DNA of 64,000 nucleotides from Escherichia coli (GTDB lineage Bacteria; Pseudomonadota; Gammaproteobacteria; Enterobacterales; Enterobacteriaceae): NCBI RefSeq assembly GCF_024223415.1, contig NZ_CP100501.1; one strand, 5' to 3'. Shown piece by piece: positions 62,275 to 64,000 of this stretch (position 1 is its first letter; each line of letters starts with the position of its first letter). The notes under the pieces were generated by a model. It saw only the letters and a program-made list of their open reading frames with translations, ran no database searches and was not told where the DNA came from. The position numbers and the translations under genes were made by a program.

Positions 62275-64000
62275 ATGTCAGTTACAGAGTCTAAGACAAA
62301 AACGGAGCGTAAATCCAGCCGTAAACCTGCAAAAACGCAGGAAACCGTCCTGTCAGCCCTGCTGGCGCAGACGGAGGAAGTGAGCGTGCCGCTGGCCTCG
62401 CTGATTAAATCACCGCTGAATGTGCGCACGGTGCCGTATTCTGCGGAGTCTGTCAGCGAACTGGCGGACTCCATTAAAGGTGTCGGCCTGTTACAGAATC
62501 TGGTTGTTCATGCCCTGCCAGGTGACCGTTACGGTGTCGCCGCAGGCGGTCGCCGACTGGCTGCACTCAACATGCTGGCAGAGCGTGGCATCCTTACGGC
62601 TGACTGGCCTGTACGCGTGAAGGTTATTCCGCAGGAGCTGGCGACTGCCGCATCAATGACTGAAAACGGTCATCGTCGGGATATGCACCCTGCTGAACAG
62701 ATCGCCGGATTCCGCGCAATGGCGCAGGAAGGCAAAACACCTGAGCAGACTGGCGACCTGCTGGGCTATTCACCCCGCCACGTCCAGCGAATGCTGAAAC
62801 TGGCAGACCTTGCACCCGTCATCCTTGATGCGCTGGCAGAAGACCGCATCACCACCGAACACTGTCAGGCGCTGGCGCTGGAGAACGACACCGCGCGTCA
62901 GGTGCAGGTGTTTGAAGCCGCCTGCCAGTCAGGATGGGGCGGTAAACCGGATGTGCGGGTTATCCGCAACCTGATTACCGAAAGTGAAGTGGCGGTGGCG
63001 GGGAACAGTAAATTCCGCTTCGTGGGGGCTGATGCCTTCTCGCCAGACGAACTGCGCACCGATTTGTTCAGCGATGACGGGGACGGTTATGTCGACCGCG
63101 TGGCGCTCGATGCCGCCCTGCTGGAAAAACTCCAGGCTGTCGCTGAACACCTTCGGGAAGCCGAAGGCTGGGAATGGTGCGCCGGGCGCATGGAGCCTGT
63201 CGGTGAGTGCCGTGAGGATGCCGGAACATACCGCTGTCTGCCGGAGCCGGAAGCGGTGCTGACGGAGGCGGAATACGAACGCCTGAACGAACTGATGACG
63301 CGTTACGACGCGCTGGAAAACCAGTGTGAGGAATCCGACCTGCTGGAAGCAGAAATGAAGCTGATGCGCTGCATGGCGAAGGTCAGAGCGTGGACGCCGG
63401 AGATACGTGCCGGAAGCGGTGTGGTGGTGTCCTGGCGTTATGGCAACGTATGTGTCCAGCGTGGTGTGCAGTTGCGCAGTGAAGATGACGCGACTGACGA
63501 CGCTGACCGCACGGAACAGGTGCAGGAGAAAGCGTCAGTGGAGGAAATCAGCCTGCCGTTGCTGACGAAAATGTCCTCAGAGCGCACGCTGGCAGTCCAG
63601 GCGGCACTCATGCAGCAGCCGGACAAATCCCTGACACTGCTGGCATGGACGCTCTGCCTGAATGTGTTTGGCAGCGGGGCGTACAGTAAACCAGCACAAA
63701 TCAGCCTGGAATGTGAACATTATTCGCTGACCAGCGATGCGCCATCGGGGAAGGAAGGTGCCGCATTCATGGCGCTGATGGCAGAAAAATCCCGTCTTGC
63801 AGCCCTGCTGCCGGAGGGATGGTCACGGGACATGACGACATTCCTGTCCCTCAGTCAGGAGGTGCTGTTATCCCTGCTCAGTTTCTGCACCGCATGCAGC
63901 CTTAACGGTGTCCAGACCCGTGAGTGTGGTCACACGTCACGCAGTCCGCTTGACTCGCTGGAAATCGCTATCGGATTCCACATGCGCGACTGGTGGCAGC
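62275..64000 (+). CDS. ParB/Srx nuclease-domain protein of the leading region (3' partial, runs off window)
   Basis: Open frame from ATG 62275 to window end; N-terminal ParB-like motifs (VPLASLIKSPLNVR, VHALPGDRYGVAAGGRRLAA). Confidence 0.8.
   Translation, partial: MSVTESKTKTERKSSRKPAKTQETVLSALLAQTEEVSVPLASLIKSPLNVRTVPYSAESVSELADSIKGVGLLQNLVVHALPGDRYGVAAGGRRLAALNMLAERGILTADWPVRVKVIPQELATAASMTENGHRRDMHPAEQIAGFRAMAQEGKTPEQTGDLLGYSPRHVQRMLKLADLAPVILDALAEDRITTEHCQALALENDTARQVQVFEAACQSGWGGKPDVRVIRNLITESEVAVAGNSKFRFVGADAFSPDELRTDLFSDDGDGYVDRVALDAALLEKLQAVAEHLREAEGWEWCAGRMEPVGECREDAGTYRCLPEPEAVLTEAEYERLNELMTRYDALENQCEESDLLEAEMKLMRCMAKVRAWTPEIRAGSGVVVSWRYGNVCVQRGVQLRSEDDATDDADRTEQVQEKASVEEISLPLLTKMSSERTLAVQAALMQQPDKSLTLLAWTLCLNVFGSGAYSKPAQISLECEHYSLTSDAPSGKEGAAFMALMAEKSRLAALLPEGWSRDMTTFLSLSQEVLLSLLSFCTACSLNGVQTRECGHTSRSPLDSLEIAIGFHMRDWWQ

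Overview
This window reads as a mosaic segment of an IncFII-type conjugative plasmid from Enterobacteriaceae (E. coli-like). All calls come from reading the ORF translations and the DNA by eye; no database search was run. Order along the window: (1) repA1 and the oriR region with a DnaA box, then a StbD/StbE (RelB/RelE-like) toxin-antitoxin pair; (2) a low-GC block with a hexapeptide acyltransferase, a FinO/ProQ-like RNA-binding protein and a small ORF; (3) IS debris: Tn3-like inverted-repeat motifs, a truncated IS2 fused to an ABC ATPase gene fragment, and an IS2-group IS3-family element; (4) a raffinose locus (rafR-rafA-rafB-rafD, an EIIA-Glc paralog, fructokinase, glycoporin); (5) a 17.7-kb region bounded by two IS629-like copies, holding a yahE/yahF/yahG/carbamate-kinase catabolic module flanked by a 135-bp direct repeat, a cytochrome b562-like gene, an IS2 interrupted by an IS66-family element, and a low-GC autotransporter; (6) a high-GC iron-type uptake cluster with a P-loop-deleted ATPase; (7) maintenance functions: serine recombinase with res-like site, ParD/ParE-like and VapB/VapC modules, tyrosine recombinase, and two partition systems with repeat arrays; (8) the leading region with KlcA/ArdB, an orphan adenine methyltransferase, SSB, a ParB-like protein (3' partial) and several small uncharacterized ORFs. 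The strongest candidates for something new are a frameshifted Rad50-like ABC ATPase with a CxxC hook and a C-terminal extra domain (47140-49234, RloC/PrrC-like defence candidate) lying between two TA modules beside an IS91-family element, the uncharacterized leading-region ORFs, and two families of structured direct repeats. No rRNA, tRNA or CRISPR array was seen.
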